Positions 60,924 through 64,000 of a stretch of DNA of 64,000 nt are shown here, piece after piece. The position numbers and the translations under genes are program-made. The notes beneath the pieces were generated by a model. It was given only the letters and a program-made list of their open reading frames with translations. It was not told the DNA's origin and searched no databases. How positions within the stretch are numbered: position 1 is the stretch's first letter; each line of letters opens with the position of its first letter. The stretch comes from Candidatus Poribacteria bacterium (GTDB lineage: Bacteria; Poribacteria; WGA-4E; WGA-3G), in NCBI GenBank assembly GCA_965197475.1, contig CBDANF010000003.1, forward strand, positions 3,392,001 to 3,456,000, in the 5' to 3' direction.

Positions 60924-61790
60924 ACAATCAAAATGCATAACTTTATACCAGAATTCTACAAGCATTTATTTACAACCCCTTGGAATTCAGGTCTTCCAGG
61001 TGCTACTCAATCTCAAGGAGACTATCCTAGAGGTGTCAAGTCTTTTGAGGTGGTTGATGCCAGCGGTTTCGTAGGTCGTAAATACCTTGCTATTGCAGCA
61101 AGCGGATTAATGGGTGATGATTGGGCAGATCATTCATCAAAAACAAGGAGTCAAATCGACTCTAATTTTACGACGATACGTGCAAATGGAATAACAATTC
61201 AAGAGTATCATGAAATTGATAGTGTTGTAGGTAATGTTATCACTATAAAGTCTCCAACGATGACACCTCTTAATGAAAATTACAGTATCGCGCCCGGTAG
61301 GTTGCAGGAGAACTTTGGATTCGAAGACCTGCATTTTGATACTGCTTTTAATAAGGATTTTGAGCATAATGTTGATCACGGCTGGAATTTCATTAAACTG
61401 TTCGGGGTGTCGCATTCTTGGGTTCGACGTTGTAGATTTTCGAACACAATCTCACCTATTGCACTACAATCCTGTTCTACAGTAACTATATTATCTGTGA
61501 TTATGGATGAGAGATATGGCCATAATTCTATAGGTGGATTAAATGGGACTACAAACTGTTTCTTTGGTTTGTTTGAAGACAATACAAACAAAGGTGCAGG
61601 CCACGGTGCTAGTGCTACAAGTAAATCGGTAGGCTTAGTTTTCTGGGCTAATGGCGGGGATAAAATGACAGGCCCAGATTGCCATGGCGATCAACCACGC
61701 TATACATTATATGATAATTATTTCAGTAGAACACATGAATCAAATAGTGGAGCCGACGATCGTTCGCCTCACCATTTGGACGGTTATTTA
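60924..61790 (+). pseudogene. Internal fragment of a pectin-lyase-like beta-helix protein (DUF4955-like) between IS3 and IS630
   Basis: GFEDLHF, HSWVRRCRF, GHGAS, DCHGDQPRYTLYDN, PHHL; both ends cut at IS boundaries. Confidence 0.6.
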
Positions 61791-62697
61791 TAGTAAATCC
61801 CGTAATTACTTATACACTTTTATAATATCATCAATAGAAGTCTGAGCATTGTATTGACGTATCCGCTTGATGTTGGCGAAATCCTTCTCAATCGGATTCA
61901 ACTCCGGTGAATACGGCGGTAAAAACAACAAACTCACACCGCAATCCCGGATCAATGCCGCCGTCTGTGAACCTTTGTGGAAAGACGCATTATCCATAAT
62001 CACAACATGGCTATCGTCAAGCAATGGACACAACATTTCCGAAAGCCAACTGTTGAAGGCGACCGCATCGCAACTGCCCTTGAAAAGCACAGGTGCTGTG
62101 AAACATCCATCAAGCCGTGCCGCAATCAGCGTCGTGGTGGTATACCGATGGCTTGGCACTTTATCTTCAACACGGACACCTTTCGGGGCATAAGCATACC
62201 GACGGAAAGTGGTTTCAGTGAAACCACTTTCGTCAAGATAAACCGGTTTTTTGCCATGCTCCTGTGTCTCTTGTTGAAGTGCCGAAAGATACTCTTGGCG
62301 TTTTATCGGACACTGTTCTTTGTAGGTCGTTGTCTTTTTTTCGCGTAATATTGAGTTTTGAGAAGGCATAAAAGATGCCGTTTGTTGAAACACCGAAGTG
62401 TTTGGCACGTTCGGCGAGTGTGGAATCTGGGAAATCGGCAACATGTTGCTGAAGTGCGTCATAATCAATATCTCGGGGACCTTTGGGTCCCGGTTTTTCA
62501 CAGGCGAAGGGGTCTTCTGCTTCCAACCAGTTATAGATCGTTCTTCTTGAGACACGAAAAGTGCGTTCTGCGGCGGCTTTACTGCCACCATTATTGATGA
62601 AATCAAGCACGCGTTTGCGTCCATCTGTTGAATATGCCATAATCATAAAGGCTAACATAAATCACAGAAAATGTAAACTTATTTTCAGGATCTACTA
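61791..62697 (-). mobile_element. IS630-family insertion sequence with two-frame transposase (61806-62640)
   Basis: TA flanks; TIR TAGTA(A/G)ATCC; MAYSTD.R HTH orfA, A7G shift site at 62334-62341, YLDESG, IMDNASFH, LPPYSPELNPIE. Confidence 0.92.
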
Positions 62698-62821
62698 TAA
62701 AACTGAGCGCGTGTTGCGCGGTGGTTGGAGTGCTTCACCACAAGGCATCTGCGTTGCCCATCGCTTTCTGCTTTCACCCATGAACACAATCTATGACTAC
62801 GGTTTCCGTTGCGTGCGGTAA
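62698..62821 (+). pseudogene. C-terminal remnant of an FGE-sulfatase (SUMF1-type) gene
   Basis: RVLRGGW....A.R....P......GFRCVR*. Confidence 0.75.
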
Positions 62822-62825
62822 CGCC

Positions 62826-63224
62826 TTAGAGGTAGTAACTCCTTTTCTTGTTCTTTCTTCTATAATAAAAATAAACGCCTACCACACCCGCAATTGCACC
62901 GAATACATCAGAAACCCAATCTGCGACCGTAGCAAATCTGCCAGGAACAAAAGTTTGATGCCATTCATCACTTGCCCCGTAGAGAATTGAGATGAGCGCA
63001 GCAGCAACCCATATCCAACCTGCAGGCAGCCATTTTGGTGTAACGTTCACAAACGCTATAGCCAGCAACACACCGAGAATGCCGTATTCTATGAAATGGT
63101 AGAGTTTGTCAATTGTCAGCCACTCAAACTTCGGCATCGGAAGCGGCGGTTGTTCCATAGACGAAATGACAAAAATGAGTGCCATGTAGAGTAAGGGTGG
63201 TGCCCAATATTTCAATTTTTTCAT
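62826..63224 (-). CDS. VanZ-like membrane protein
   Basis: IF..SS, DKLYHFIEYGILG, YGASDEWHQTFVPGR..D. Confidence 0.9.
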   Translation of the reverse strand: MKKLKYWAPPLLYMALIFVISSMEQPPLPMPKFEWLTIDKLYHFIEYGILGVLLAIAFVNVTPKWLPAGWIWVAAALISILYGASDEWHQTFVPGRFATVADWVSDVFGAIAGVVGVYFYYRRKNKKRSYYL

Positions 63225-63246
63225 AGCAAATTTCGCCAAATCGTCC

Positions 63247-64000
63247 CTATTTTAACGCGTTCAGAATCGCATCCACGTCGTAGACGCAACCACCCCATGT
63301 GCCACCACCAACAGATTGCAATGCTGCCCACAGACGGGTATCGTCAGGTAACGCATCATCCGGTGAGAGGTCGGGGCGCGGTTGCCGTTCTGCTAACGCA
63401 CGTTCCCCCGCAGCCGCACCAAAATGCTCACTGCCATGTCCTACCAGATCAATGCTCCCTTCCAGCCGCAGGGTATCAATCTCAATTTGAATTATGTCGC
63501 CATCAAGCACTTTCCCTATCGGACCACCCGCAAGTGCCTCTGGCCCAACATGTCCGATACAAGCACCTGTTGAGACACCGGAAAATCGCGCGTCCGTTAT
63601 TAAAGCGATTTGCTTTCCAAACGATAGATGTTTGAGTGCTGATGTAAGTTGATATACCTCTTCCATTCCGGTGCCTTGTGGACCACGACAACACAATACC
63701 ATGATGTCTCCAGGTTTCATGTTATTTTTACCTTGACCTTTGAGTGTCTGTATCGCATCAGATTCCCGAACGAACACACGCGCCGGTCCTGTCATCCGAT
63801 ACACGCCATCTGCATCAACAACGCTCGGATCAATGGCAGTGCTTTTGATGACAGAACCCTCTGGTGCGAGGTTCCCGCGTGGAAACGTGACAGTGCTCGT
63901 CAATCCCGCTGCTTTAGCGGTATCTGGACTCAGAATTACTTCATCAGGTGCAACGTTATCCCGTTCTTCAAGCAATTCCCGTACGCGCTGCCGTCGTTCC
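63247..64000 (-). CDS. IlvD/Edd-family dehydratase, YjhG/YagF D-xylonate dehydratase-like (C-terminal part)
   Basis: GNLAPEGSVIKSTAID, GPQGTGMEE, ITDARFSGVSTGACIGHVGPEA, LPDDTRLWAALQ..GG.WGG. Confidence 0.9.
   Translation of the reverse strand, partial: ERRQRVRELLEERDNVAPDEVILSPDTAKAAGLTSTVTFPRGNLAPEGSVIKSTAIDPSVVDADGVYRMTGPARVFVRESDAIQTLKGQGKNNMKPGDIMVLCCRGPQGTGMEEVYQLTSALKHLSFGKQIALITDARFSGVSTGACIGHVGPEALAGGPIGKVLDGDIIQIEIDTLRLEGSIDLVGHGSEHFGAAAGERALAERQPRPDLSPDDALPDDTRLWAALQSVGGGTWGGCVYDVDAILNALK

Overview
Bacterial chromosome segment, very probably Candidatus Poribacteria (inferred from 16S signature stretches and from recurring NYPNPFNPETWIPY and VEPxGKxxTTWGxIK protein tails, WD40, TPR and CRTAC1/FG-GAP proteins). 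Housekeeping and metabolic genes (thiE, rsmB, rpsT, purH, xylA, cstA, a three-subunit Mo-hydroxylase, a His-rich TonB metal-uptake operon) and a 16S rRNA-tRNA-Ile unit with no adjacent 23S gene are mixed with many mobile elements: two IS3 copies, IS5, IS630, an IS1595 carrying passenger genes, MITEs and several GTAG-type REP families. Best candidate for an undescribed system: a 2.0-kb element (46316-48319) bounded by perfect 13-bp inverted repeats. It encodes only two paralogous DUF1670 proteins, with no recognisable DDE transposase, and has a near-consensus promoter in front of a multi-hairpin non-coding segment at its right end. Other highlights: a transposase-less IS1595-type cassette with an 8-bp target duplication carrying a DUF4238 gene; a pseudoknotted RNA upstream of a DUF805 gene; and REP palindromes read in-frame inside purH and a TonB-receptor N-terminus. 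Several single-base frameshifts in homopolymers suggest indel errors in the assembly, so pseudogene calls are provisional. All family assignments come from motif recognition by eye, not database searches.
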